From the NCBI GenBank assembly GCA_008369845.1, contig MRSU01001333.1:1-33228 (forward strand): a stretch of DNA of 33,228 nucleotides. Direction: 5' to 3'. The position numbers and the translations under genes are program-made. Positions 11,158 to 21,093 of this stretch are shown here, in pieces (the first letter of the stretch is position 1; every line of letters begins with the position of its first letter). Source of the DNA: Trichomonas gallinae (lineage: Eukaryota). The notes under the pieces were generated by a model. It made no database searches and was not told the DNA's origin. It saw only the letters and a list, made by a program, of their open reading frames with translations.

Positions 11158-12101
11158 TGCTGAATTTGATATTTTTGTCTACATATAAAAAGCAGGTTAT
11201 GTTGAGTTTTTAAGTTTTTATCAAAAGATGTTTGTTGATTTAAATTAATATTGGCCTTTTATATCAATTTTTGTTGGTAAATTGAAAGGAAAGAGGCCAT
11301 AATTATTACCATTTTTGATACTATTTTTATTCATTGTCAGATTATATTTAATGCATTGTACGTTTAGTCGAAACAAATCATATACTATATCCATATTGAT
11401 TATCCATAAATAATCGAATTTTTCACTAATTCTTCTATTTTGGAACGAAAAGTAAGTTTGTGAGCAGATGGGATGGGCATATAATTTATCATATACTTTT
11501 TGAAATGAGTAACATCAAATTTGATGCATTCACGCATGAATTATTTTTTTGTGAAATAAATTTCATAGTTGCTATGTTTTTCATATTGATATGTCTGTCA
11601 TTGTCAATTTCCTTATTATTTTAATGCACGAAAAGTAATAAATGTGTAATCGCAACGAATTGGGATTAAATATGTCAAACTGTTGTAGAATTTTCGAAAA
11701 CTGATTCTAATATCAAAGCAATCCTTTAGATAATGACATATTTCATACTCTCAATCGATTATTCAGAGGTTGAAAAATCGTCATTTCAAATTAGCCGATT
11801 CATGCCCTATGAATATGGCCAATAAGATTCTATGCTGTACTATAGTAGTATTGTTCAATATAGAAGAATATTAGGAGTCAAAATAAATCTTTCGTGAATA
11901 AATCTGTTGATAAGCTCTGTCTATATGGGATACTGCTTAAATCATTGTAAACATTAACATATTAAAATATTAATTATAAGATATGATCATAAATTAATTC
12001 TTTTTATCAAACTTGTTTTTTCAATGTGTTTAATTAAAGAAAATAATGTATTTGATGATAAAACATGTCAATATGAATAACTTTGATATCATTATTAAAT
12101 A

Positions 12102-13505
12102 ATGTCTAGTTACCCGGAATTCAAAGAAGAAGTCTATGTTGAACCAGAGGAAATGTACAAAATTGATAAGATAGGATTGGAAATTATCGACAGACCAAAG
12201 GATATATTAGATCTAAAGCAAGAAGAGCTGTTTATTCAATTAAAGTTTGCAATTGATTCAATGCCTTTTGAAGAAAATATCGAATATTTGAGGCATGTAG
12301 ATGCATTAATGTCATGTATTCATACTGATATTGATCAAATGATAGTTAAAACAGATTTTGTTAATCGAATTTCCGCATTTTTAGATACTTCTTCATCAGA
12401 AGTAGTAAATTTGGTAATATCCCTACTCACAAATCTTTCAGTTAATACAGATCTCGATTTACCAGAAGAATTAGCACACGCAATAGTTGATTTCCTTCCA
12501 GAAGAGAAATATTTCCTTAGCACAGTAAGATTTATAATGGGATACATTTGCTCAAAATCATATGCACCTGATTGCTTCATTACAAGCTTTCATTTACTAA
12601 ATTGCATAATTTCAATGATTTATAGAGATATTAAATGGGAATGGCGCTCTTGTCTCTTGCAAATATGCAGTCAGCTTTCAAGAAGAGCATCAATTGAAGT
12701 ATTTAACCAAGAAATTGCAAATCCAGATTATTTTAAAATGTTGCTTTATCATTTGAAGTCAAAACGTGAAGAAGTTCTAAGTATTGTATTAAGATGTGTA
12801 GGTTTTATTTTCAAAAGAAGCAAAAATGATATTAGTCAATTAATCAACGATAGTGTGCCTCTTTTCCTTGAAATTTTAAGAAATCCAGTAGATGTTGACA
12901 AGGAGGGACTATGCAGAATAGCATTATGCGATATTTTTGAAGAATTATTAAATCGATTAGCAATTTCAGATAATGAATATAAGAGGTTAATTATAGAAGG
13001 AATGTTAAATTCATTTTTCTTGCCAAACAATCCAGATGATGAGTTTGCAAAATTGATCGAAATTTTCTGTGATGTTGACAAATCACGCGAATATTACGAA
13101 ATGATCAAGGGATCTGATAAGTTTAAATCAATTCTTTCTGATATATCTAAATGCTCATTTAATATGAAACAAAGTTTCCTTCTTATTTTTGCCAAAATGC
13201 TGATTGCTGATACAAGAGGTACTATATTATGGGCATCAGCTAGTTTCCGTGATCTATTCAATGAATTCTTCGAAGTTTTGCCCGAAACAAATGAATTTCT
13301 ACGCTTTGCAATATTGAATGCAATACGATGCGTCGTTAGCGATGACATCTCGAATAGAGAATTCGTGGACCAAGATACTTTTATGGAAGTCATGGAATCT
13401 CTTCAAGATATTGATAACGCGACAGATGAGTTAGTTAACATCATACTTGAGCTCGTTAACCAAGAAGTTGATGAAGAAGATATGGTTGATATCCTTCCTT
13501 TCTAA
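12102..13505 (+). CDS. Hypothetical alpha-helical (ARM/HEAT-like solenoid) protein (467 aa)
   Basis: Long ORF rich in amphipathic Leu/Ile helices (e.g. EVVNLVISLLTNLS, EEVLSIVLRCVGFIF). TCATT initiator-like element upstream. Stop is in TAAA. Confidence 0.85.
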   Translation: MSSYPEFKEEVYVEPEEMYKIDKIGLEIIDRPKDILDLKQEELFIQLKFAIDSMPFEENIEYLRHVDALMSCIHTDIDQMIVKTDFVNRISAFLDTSSSEVVNLVISLLTNLSVNTDLDLPEELAHAIVDFLPEEKYFLSTVRFIMGYICSKSYAPDCFITSFHLLNCIISMIYRDIKWEWRSCLLQICSQLSRRASIEVFNQEIANPDYFKMLLYHLKSKREEVLSIVLRCVGFIFKRSKNDISQLINDSVPLFLEILRNPVDVDKEGLCRIALCDIFEELLNRLAISDNEYKRLIIEGMLNSFFLPNNPDDEFAKLIEIFCDVDKSREYYEMIKGSDKFKSILSDISKCSFNMKQSFLLIFAKMLIADTRGTILWASASFRDLFNEFFEVLPETNEFLRFAILNAIRCVVSDDISNREFVDQDTFMEVMESLQDIDNATDELVNIILELVNQEVDEEDMVDILPF

Positions 13506-13950
13506 AAAATAATTTGGTCCCATATTTTGAAAACTATAGATTAAATTGTTAATATTTTGAACATGTGGAGAGGTCGTAATTGCAATTTAATACTCAAGAA
13601 TCGCTTTCTGTCAGCGGATATACAAACTACAACACCATTGAAGCTCCTATTGTATTCACCGCATCCACTTTCGACGAAGAAAAGATAGGATCAGAAGTAT
13701 TACCATCCTTGCTGACTTCTGCACCTAAACCAACAACATTCTTAGGAATATCATTGTAATGCCACAACAAAAAAGGAAATTGTTTCGAATGATGAGGAAA
13801 AATGCTGAACTCAGTTTTAATGTCAATAATGCAAGATGCGGAAAAAACAATACTGAAATATGATGATAAAAAACATGTTTTCAAATTACTCAGATTTATT
13901 TTGCCGCTAGTGGTTTAAACTTCATTGATAAAGTTAAAATGATAAATCAT

Positions 13951-14633
13951 TTAAATGGTACCATGATCATTCAAAAGTTTATCAACATCACGATAACCAT
14001 TTGCTAAAGCCCAAATCAAAACTGTTCTGTTGAAATCGTCTGTTGTGTCGACGTCTATTCCAGGAACTGTGATAAGGAGTTTGACAATTTCATGATATCC
14101 TCTATATGAAGCCCAAATCAAAGCTGTATTGATACTATTGCCTTTTGCGTTGATATCTATTCCAGGAACTGTAAGAATGAACTTGACAACTTCATGATGA
14201 CCAATTCTTGAAGCTAAATTTCAAGCTTGGTTTTTGATGAAATCAAATTGTAGGATTTTGAAAAAAAAAAACATTTTGCATTTTTAGTATCTAATTCGCG
14301 ACTTATGGCCAATAATGGTTGTATGTGATTTATACCAAACTCTATCATAAAACGAATGAGATTGAAGTTGGATTTTCCCAATGAGTAAGAAAAGATATTC
14401 AGATCATCTTTATTTTTTCTCTCGTGCATCTTCTCATTGATAACAAAAGACATAGCTTCAGCATCATTTTCATCTGCAATCTTGTTCAAAATGTCATATA
14501 TTTGATAAAAATTATAACTAAAACCCATTTTCAAAGCATTGATATTCTGGATATTTTGCGACTTTATTCTGGAACATGTAGACTCAATGACCTCAATTAA
14601 AGATTCGCCGAAATTTAACTTTGTACTCTTCAA
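13951..14633 (-). pseudogene. Disrupted ankyrin-repeat protein gene
   Basis: The ORF 14214-14633 (IYDILNKIADENDAEAM...NFNLIRFMIEFG) is followed in another frame, after an in-frame TGA, by LASRIGHHEVVKFILTVPGIDINAKGNSINTALIWASYRGYHEIVKLLITVPGIDVDTTDDFNRTVLIWALANGYRDVDKLLNDHGTI*, with the stop at 13951-13953. No clear ATG at the 5' end. Confidence 0.88.
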
Positions 14634-15255
14634 ATATGTAATTACATATGAAGTTCATCCTTATGAAGTGTTGTGATCATTATATCATTAGAAACTATCG
14701 TGTGAATTGAATCAATATCTGTAACACTGGTAATGTCAATTTCTTAAGAAAAGCACTGATGGTAAATTTATGAAAATTGTCCATATTATTTCCTTAGTAA
14801 TTAATCAATGATAAATAACTAGAATAGTCATTACACTAATGAAAATGAATTCATTATCACCAATTAGATTTTCATGAATTCCAAAAATTTTCCTTCGGAA
14901 AAATGTTTTGTTAATACCATGAATGAAAATTATGTTGCATCTTTTTCAGAAAACCGCTCCACTCAGCTGAACAATTCGCAACATATTTTCTAAATATAAT
15001 ATCAAGAATTCATGTTTTAATAGTGGATATTTCCATTGTATGTCATAATATAACATGTTTGCATCCAAAACTTTAAGTAAAATTATATTTTAAAAAAACG
15101 CATTTCCACTGGGTTTCAACACCAAGGATGTTATCAAAAAGTGAAACTAATACAATGCATATTAATGTTCGAACATATCTAAAAGAAATATATATAGATT
15201 GATAATTTGACGTTTTTGATTTACATTTGACAAAATTTGTTTACATTTGTCAAAA

Positions 15256-15652
15256 ATGAGTGTTTATTATCATGAACTTTCTAAAAAGTTTATTGAGCAT
15301 TTTTACAAGCTTGCTACTAAGGCTGAATCTATAGAACCATTCTTTGTTTAGTTTTATTTCTAACAAACAGACCGAAAACTGTGTATTAAAATTTGAAAAT
15401 GAATTAATCAAAGGAAAACAAAGCATTTTAAAGAAATTTGAGGAGCTTCTTCCAATTGTAATGGTAAAAAGCTATAGTTTTGTTGATCAGCCTTTAATTG
15501 GAGGCAGAGACTTAATTACTGCATCTTGCAAACGATCAAATAGTGAATCTGACAACAAACAGTACATAATGACGTTTATTCTTGAAGAAATAGATGTATC
15601 TGAACATAGATATGGAATCACAAATTGCATAGTGTTGCCAATCCAAATATAA
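15256..15652 (+). CDS. NTF2-like (nuclear transport factor 2 family) protein, 123 aa, two exons: 15256-15345 and 15371-15652
   Basis: AAAAATG at 15256 gives MSVYYHELSKKFIEHFYKLATKAESIEPFF. Removing a 25-nt intron continues in frame into TENCVLKFENELIKGKQSILKKFEEL...VDQPLIGG...YGITN. This matches the NTF2 pattern (FI.H(Y/F)Y, L.(F/W)E....GK..I..K, QP) and typical length. Confidence 0.85.
15346..15370 (+). other. 25-nt spliceosomal intron (short Trichomonas type), phase 0
   Basis: GTTTAGTTTTATTTCTAACAAACAG: 5' GT, with the branch point CTAAC fused to the 3' CAG. It contains the in-frame stop of exon 1, and its removal fuses two frames. Confidence 0.88.
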
Positions 15653-15814
15653 GTATAATTATTAGTCGAAAAAACATGTTTATTAATACATTTTAGGATA
15701 GGAATACGTTGTTATTGTAAATTAAAATAGTATCAAAAAATTACGAAATGTAGAATATATAAGTATCGTTAGTTACTTACTTATGATGGAACTAGATTTG
15801 TGTTTTGTAAAAAC

Positions 15815-17098
15815 TTACTTTTTTTCTTTTTGTTTTGAAATTTGTGGGAATTTGAAATTCAAGAATTGATTTGCAACATATAGCGTATTATTTGGTTCAT
15901 TTTCGCTATCAGGAATCTTTGGTGTAGCAATTTTAGGTTGATTTCGTCTCTTTGCGTAATTTTCAAAAGCTTTTTTAACATTTTCGTTTGAAAATATGTA
16001 CTCTTTCTTTATCTTATTGTCAACTTGTTCTTCTTTGTTTGATTTTTCTGGAATTTCGAGATATTTCGATAATCCTAAATTATGAATAAAATCAACGAAA
16101 TGTGTTAAGAATTCAATGTTATATTGATTCTGATGCAATACAGTATTTATTGCATCATCTATATCTTCTGTTTGTGAATTATCCTTTGTTTTTCCAATTT
16201 TGCTAAATTTGTTGTGGTAAGTATAATGATATGAGCGAATAATAACATCTAACGGGCACAATGTGAATATATATTCAAATAGCTCGGCTGAAATATTTTC
16301 TATATTTGTTATTCGATTTCCATTTGTTTTGGTTTCGATATTCAAATATTTGCTTGCAAAATAGTTGAGTGCTGGTATTATTATATTCATGTTGGCTTCT
16401 TCGAGTAAATTAATGAATTCATTGTATATTTTTTGGATTTGATGATTAAATTTCGTTTGCGAAGCGAAGAAAATGTCCAGAAATAGATAGCATAGTTCTG
16501 ATAGCTGAGTAATAGATGGAACTTTACCATCTGGACTCAAAAGCAGTCCTGCATAGAGTATTGAGTGATATAAAGTTTTTTTGTTTAAATTCTTGTAATA
16601 ATCATTGTATATTGTATAAAACTTGTTTGTAGATGATCTAAGATGAGTAAATTCAAGAAATAGATCGAATTTCTCTGGATTCAAAATTATTTTAGTAATT
16701 TCATTAAAATTGTAATAAAACTTTTCAAGATTTTCGACAATTCCGAGCCAAATCATTGGTCGTATTTGTAAATATTCTTGTTCTATAGAATTTTCGTCAT
16801 CAATTTTAATTACTGATTTAGCAAAGGTTTCTGTCTTGTTTAATGATAAGTCGACTACAACTTTATCATTTTGCATAGTAGCTTTGACTAAAATCGGGTT
16901 TCTTAATGATGTAAATTTTAATTTTGAAAAATTATCGATAACAATCTCTTCAACAGTTTTAATGCGTTCTCTGATCTCAATCTTTCTATCTGAAAACAGA
17001 TAAAGAGTCTGAGACTCAAAAATCTTGGATTTGTTCGAAGAAATTTTAAAAAATAAAATTGAATAACTTTGTTTGCTTTTAAAAAGCAAATTAACCAT
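15815..17098 (-). CDS. Hypothetical protein (427 aa)
   Basis: Long ATG-initiated ORF, very AT-rich. Beta-rich N-terminus and helical C-terminus. No family recognised. Confidence 0.75.
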   Translation of the reverse strand: MVNLLFKSKQSYSILFFKISSNKSKIFESQTLYLFSDRKIEIRERIKTVEEIVIDNFSKLKFTSLRNPILVKATMQNDKVVVDLSLNKTETFAKSVIKIDDENSIEQEYLQIRPMIWLGIVENLEKFYYNFNEITKIILNPEKFDLFLEFTHLRSSTNKFYTIYNDYYKNLNKKTLYHSILYAGLLLSPDGKVPSITQLSELCYLFLDIFFASQTKFNHQIQKIYNEFINLLEEANMNIIIPALNYFASKYLNIETKTNGNRITNIENISAELFEYIFTLCPLDVIIRSYHYTYHNKFSKIGKTKDNSQTEDIDDAINTVLHQNQYNIEFLTHFVDFIHNLGLSKYLEIPEKSNKEEQVDNKIKKEYIFSNENVKKAFENYAKRRNQPKIATPKIPDSENEPNNTLYVANQFLNFKFPQISKQKEKK

Positions 17099-17352
17099 TA
17101 AATCTATCTATGCATATGCCTAGTTTCACTTTTCTTCATATAAAGTATATCAAAACTCAAACTTTTTCTCGATTCAAAAAAAATTATTGGAGATAACATA
17201 TTTACTAATCACATCTATAATATAGACGCATAATTTATTATAATGATATATTCAGAATTCTATATAATGGAAAAATCATAATTTCATGATATAATTTGAA
17301 GAAAAAATAGATGATTTTGATGGCAAAAATAGATTTTTATCCAACACAACAA

Positions 17353-17877
17353 CTACACTCTCCTCCTTATATTTGCTTCATAAGATGCAGCATTATTTGT
17401 AACATAACTGTTAACTTTGTCTAATTCCTGAGGTGTAAGTGGTCTCCACTTGATCTCAATTTGTTTATCCCACTCCCACCAAAGGAAAGTCTTGCATCTC
17501 GTCGTGATAACTTCAGATTTAACATCAGCGGTAGAAGTAACAATTCCACCTGTGATGTGAATGTTATTTCCTGTCTTGACGACTTTAATCATTGAAGCTT
17601 TACGCGTTGCATATCTTGAAGATGTGTGATGAGGATCGATATTCATTTCGAAAACGACTTCTTTGATGGTGTTTGTTGTTGAAAATTTCATTTTCTTCGC
17701 GAATTTTGATGCCACATCTTTCGTGCAATATTTATTTGTTAATAAAATATTTTCGAGATCGTTTAAGGTTGTTCTAAGATCGATATTATTGATTTTTACA
17801 TGGGAATTCGATAGTTGAATTGGTGGGTTCTCAACTGTCGTCCCGGAAAAAGCTGTAACAAAGAAAAACGATAGCAT
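17353..17877 (-). CDS. Small predicted secreted protein (174 aa)
   Basis: Very short hydrophobic N-terminus MLSFFFVTAFS, typical of trichomonad signal peptides. C-terminal CKTFLWWEW...WRPLTPQEL motif. Confidence 0.85.
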   Translation of the reverse strand: MLSFFFVTAFSGTTVENPPIQLSNSHVKINNIDLRTTLNDLENILLTNKYCTKDVASKFAKKMKFSTTNTIKEVVFEMNIDPHHTSSRYATRKASMIKVVKTGNNIHITGGIVTSTADVKSEVITTRCKTFLWWEWDKQIEIKWRPLTPQELDKVNSYVTNNAASYEANIRRRV

Positions 17878-17882
17878 TTAAA

Positions 17883-17894
17883 TTTGTCACTTTT
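17883..17894 (-). promoter_or_regulatory. AAAAGTGACAAA element just upstream of the ATG (resembles the AAAGTGAC motif I recall from T. vaginalis 5' regions)
   Basis: The minus strand reads ...AAAAGTGACAAATTTAAATG. The same motif is at ~20619-20630 (minus), and a variant AAAGGTGACAAA is at 32097-32108 (plus), each shortly before an ATG. Confidence 0.6.
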
Positions 17895-17950
17895 ATTGGA
17901 ACCTTCTTGTCAATTTGCCAATGATTTTCAAAAGTGACGATTTTGATAAA

Positions 17951-18175
17951 TGTCATGTAAATATAAATTCTGACAAATAAAGCTGGAAAAAAATTATTTT
18001 TGATATGAGTGAATGATAAACAAACGTGATTGATGAATTTTTTATAACAATGATAAACAAATGTGATTGATGTGATCGAGCTTCTTAAAATTATGATACT
18101 TCCTGACATGTAAATCATACAAATATCCCCCGAAATATGACAATCCGTCATGTAAAATTAATTTCATAATTTCTT
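17951..18175. promoter_or_regulatory. Cluster of TG(A/T)CATGTAAA elements; module similar to 8174-8240
   Basis: TGTCATGTAAA 17951-17961, TGACATGTAAA 18104-18114, CGTCATGTAAA 18146-18156. Confidence 0.55.
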
Positions 18176-18331
18176 GTTCGATTCTAGAAATTGCTGGAAA
18201 AAAATATTTTGATGATATTATTCAATACATAAAGTCACAAATATATAAATTTTTCTAAAGCAATTCGATTTCTAAAAAAAATCTACTTTATATCATAAAA
18301 CTATCAAATAGAAATAAATAAAAATATATAA

Positions 18332-20596
18332 TTATTCTTCTCCACGTGAGTGGAAAACTTGTTTCTTCTGTCTCTTCGCCTCAAGTTTTCCATCTCTATC
18401 TGCCTCGAATTCTTTCTTCAGGGTGTTGAGATCTGCTTTCTCGACTCTCCTCTTCGCCGGCCCTTTGTTCTTCGTCTTAGGCTGAGCCTGGACGATCTTT
18501 GGTCCACCGCCCTCGTTCTTGGCCGCCATCTCGAGTAAGAAAGCCATTTCTGCGTCTTCGTCGATTTCCTTTTTATCCTCTTTCTTCTTCTTCGAAGGTG
18601 CAGCGGGCGGAGGTGGAGGCAGGTACTTGTCGTTTGTGGGCTTCTTTACTTGCACTTCGTCTTCGCTGACTTCTTCGACTTCGCCTGTTAATAAAGAAAT
18701 AACTCTCTTCTTCTGACCTGTTGAGAAAAGCGACGACGGGAGGCATCTAGGGCAGTTGATGAATGTTGTGAACAAATCGCCTGGATATGCGTACATAATT
18801 ACCCTCAATAAAGGATTCACGCGAGTTTTTTCTAGGACTTCGAGGCTAGATTTGTCTAAGAAGTACTTGAAGAAGTTCTCTGATGATATAATTCCGTAGC
18901 TTTCATAAGCACAAGCGAAAATTCGAGCATTAAATAATCTTTCTGGCTCAATAATGGATTTTCTCAATCCTAAGAATTGCTGGAGCCAAACAATATGCTG
19001 TAGAGTTGTCTGATATAGCGCAGCAACGTGGATCTTGCGCGGAGAAGGCTTTACTTGCGGAATTCTTGCACCTGTCATGTTAACGAAGCAAAGAATAATG
19101 ACCATCGCTGCAAGTGCGCGGAATTCGAATGCATCGAGGGGTGGAGCGCCAACAATTGAAAAGTTTGTGATATAATCTTGTTTATCTGCTGGTGTTTTTG
19201 TGTAAGGAGTCTGATTATCTGTAAAGCAAAGCGATAATAAGTATCTGAGAGTGAAAGCTGCTGTTCTTACCGGTTCTTGTAGTTGAGAAATCGGATCTGA
19301 CATAATATCAGGCGCAGTTGGGAAGTTTTTGTGGATAATTTTGTACAGCAGCTGGTATCTATCTGTATCCTGTAGTGCAAGAATCTCTTCGAGCTTTTGT
19401 GTTTGATTATCTTTTGGAAGAATCCTTGTTGAAGGCCCATCCCATTGGAGGAAGTGCTCAATGACACTGTCTCTGTTTAGCATTGCAAAGAAAATCTTTC
19501 TAAAAGGCACAGTTATCTTTAATGGAGAAATTTCGTGTGAATAATCATCATAGAATGGTTCTAAGTATAAATCGTTGCCATCAAAGACATAAGGAGCCCA
19601 TGGTGGTAGTCTGCAGTGTTCGGCTTCATTCCTAACGAAGCTGTTTCCTTCACTAACAATTCCTGTTGAAATATCGAAGTATTCATAAGATTTGTTGACG
19701 GCAGACTTAAAGTCTGCATCACCTTCATAGAGCTCTGAGAATGGAGAAGCCGTGGTTACCGAAAATTCCTGGTTATCGTTAATAGTTTCAACAGTAGCGT
19801 CCATTAACAAAGCTGGATATGTAGGATCAGGAGGCTGATGTAGTAATGTGTAAATATTGTATCTATCGTTCATAATATGATTTGTAAACTGATTTCCCAT
19901 CATAATTGAAAGATCTACGAGTTTTTTGGGATCATTGAGTCCAATGTGCTCACACAAGTTCTGCCTCGTAATATAAGTGCACATCAAGGTTCCCTGGTCT
20001 GTATGATAAAAAGAATCGATTGGAATCGCGACAATGTCAGGGAAGATGAGATACTCACTATCCATGATGATTGCTGCATCGGCATCGCCGACGGAAACGA
20101 ATTTCGCGATATATTTTTTGATATCGTTTTTTGTGTAAATAAGAGGAACTTTGAGTTTGTTTGATACTTCTGCTATGACTTGGAATATGAATGGAGGGAA
20201 GAATCCCTTAATACTGTTCGTATTTGAATCTTCGTTTTGTAATTTCGTTATGTTCTTAAGAGCAAGCTTATATACTTGGTTTGATGCTTCGTTTTCATAA
20301 TCATTAATGTTACCATATAAGTGTGAAAGCGGTAAAACTATTGCAACTTGAGCATTGAATGATTTCAAGACTTTAAAGAAGCGCACCATCTCCAATGCAT
20401 AGTAGTCATAGTTTCCTCCGTTCATTATATCGTAGTTGTTGCTTTGATTTCGAAGATTTAGAATGAATTCGGCCAATGCGATTCCATCAACTACAAAAGA
20501 GTGATAAATATCGCGTTTAGGGATGTTTTTGGCCTCTATCTCGAGCGAAACATCGCTTTCTGTATTAAAAATTCCAGTCCAAAAACCAGAAACCAT
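18332..20596 (-). CDS. Asteroid/FAM120-like PIN (XPG-related) fold protein with charged C-terminal tail (754 aa)
   Basis: MVSGFWT...FVVDG...GGNY...RFFKVL...AIIMDSEYLIF...LSIMMGNQF follows the order of Asteroid/FAM120 motifs (MGV.GL, VVDG, GG.Y, DSDF, GND). The ATG at 20596 is preferred over GTG 20626. Confidence 0.8.
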   Translation of the reverse strand: MVSGFWTGIFNTESDVSLEIEAKNIPKRDIYHSFVVDGIALAEFILNLRNQSNNYDIMNGGNYDYYALEMVRFFKVLKSFNAQVAIVLPLSHLYGNINDYENEASNQVYKLALKNITKLQNEDSNTNSIKGFFPPFIFQVIAEVSNKLKVPLIYTKNDIKKYIAKFVSVGDADAAIIMDSEYLIFPDIVAIPIDSFYHTDQGTLMCTYITRQNLCEHIGLNDPKKLVDLSIMMGNQFTNHIMNDRYNIYTLLHQPPDPTYPALLMDATVETINDNQEFSVTTASPFSELYEGDADFKSAVNKSYEYFDISTGIVSEGNSFVRNEAEHCRLPPWAPYVFDGNDLYLEPFYDDYSHEISPLKITVPFRKIFFAMLNRDSVIEHFLQWDGPSTRILPKDNQTQKLEEILALQDTDRYQLLYKIIHKNFPTAPDIMSDPISQLQEPVRTAAFTLRYLLSLCFTDNQTPYTKTPADKQDYITNFSIVGAPPLDAFEFRALAAMVIILCFVNMTGARIPQVKPSPRKIHVAALYQTTLQHIVWLQQFLGLRKSIIEPERLFNARIFACAYESYGIISSENFFKYFLDKSSLEVLEKTRVNPLLRVIMYAYPGDLFTTFINCPRCLPSSLFSTGQKKRVISLLTGEVEEVSEDEVQVKKPTNDKYLPPPPPAAPSKKKKEDKKEIDEDAEMAFLLEMAAKNEGGGPKIVQAQPKTKNKGPAKRRVEKADLNTLKKEFEADRDGKLEAKRQKKQVFHSRGEE

Positions 20597-20661
20597 TAAA
20601 AATAAAAATTGAGATAATTTTGTCACTTTTATATCAAAAAAATTCCGAAATCAAAAAGTTC

Positions 20662-21026
20662 TGACTATAAAATATTTACATGTCAAATAATCGAGATTTT
20701 CTGATTTTACATGACAAATGAAATTTTGTCGTTTCAATCAAATTATCTGACTGTAAAATATTTTACGTGTCATTAAACTAATCGTTTTTCAGTTCAATTT
20801 TTAAAAAATTGGATGAAGGGAAATCTTTTGGACCTCTATAAAACTCATCACTGTGGGTACACCTAACTATATTCTGATTATGGGGTAAATCCATGTTAGA
20901 AGCGTCTGTCACCCTACCTCAAGTCAAATAATCTGAGTTTGAAATGTAAATATTTTACATTTCATTACAATACGTCATCTTTATGTCAAAAAATCTGAGA
21001 ATGAAATGTAAATACTTTACATGTCA
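20662..21026. promoter_or_regulatory. Four palindromic units plus a half-site in a divergent promoter region
   Basis: tgactataaaatatttacatgtca 20662-20685; TTTACATGACA 20706-20716; tgactgtaaaatattttacgtgtca 20748-20772; tgaaatgtaaa-tat-tttacatttca 20940-20964 (perfect 11-bp arms); tgaaatgtaaa-tac-tttacatgtca 21002-21026. Confidence 0.65.
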
Positions 21027-21093
21027 GAAAATTTTGTCATAACGTGTTTTATTTTTGGGTCATATTTGTTTTAGCAGGGGATAAAATTTAAGC

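Noticed and set aside
15755..15790. Minus-strand GTAAGTAACTAACGATAC, 5' splice site plus branch-like word
   Set aside because: There is no AG at the required distance, and it lies 3' of the stop codon.
20662..21026. Palindromic repeats as a CRISPR-like array
   Set aside because: The context is eukaryotic, the spacing is irregular, the units are degenerate and there are no cas genes.
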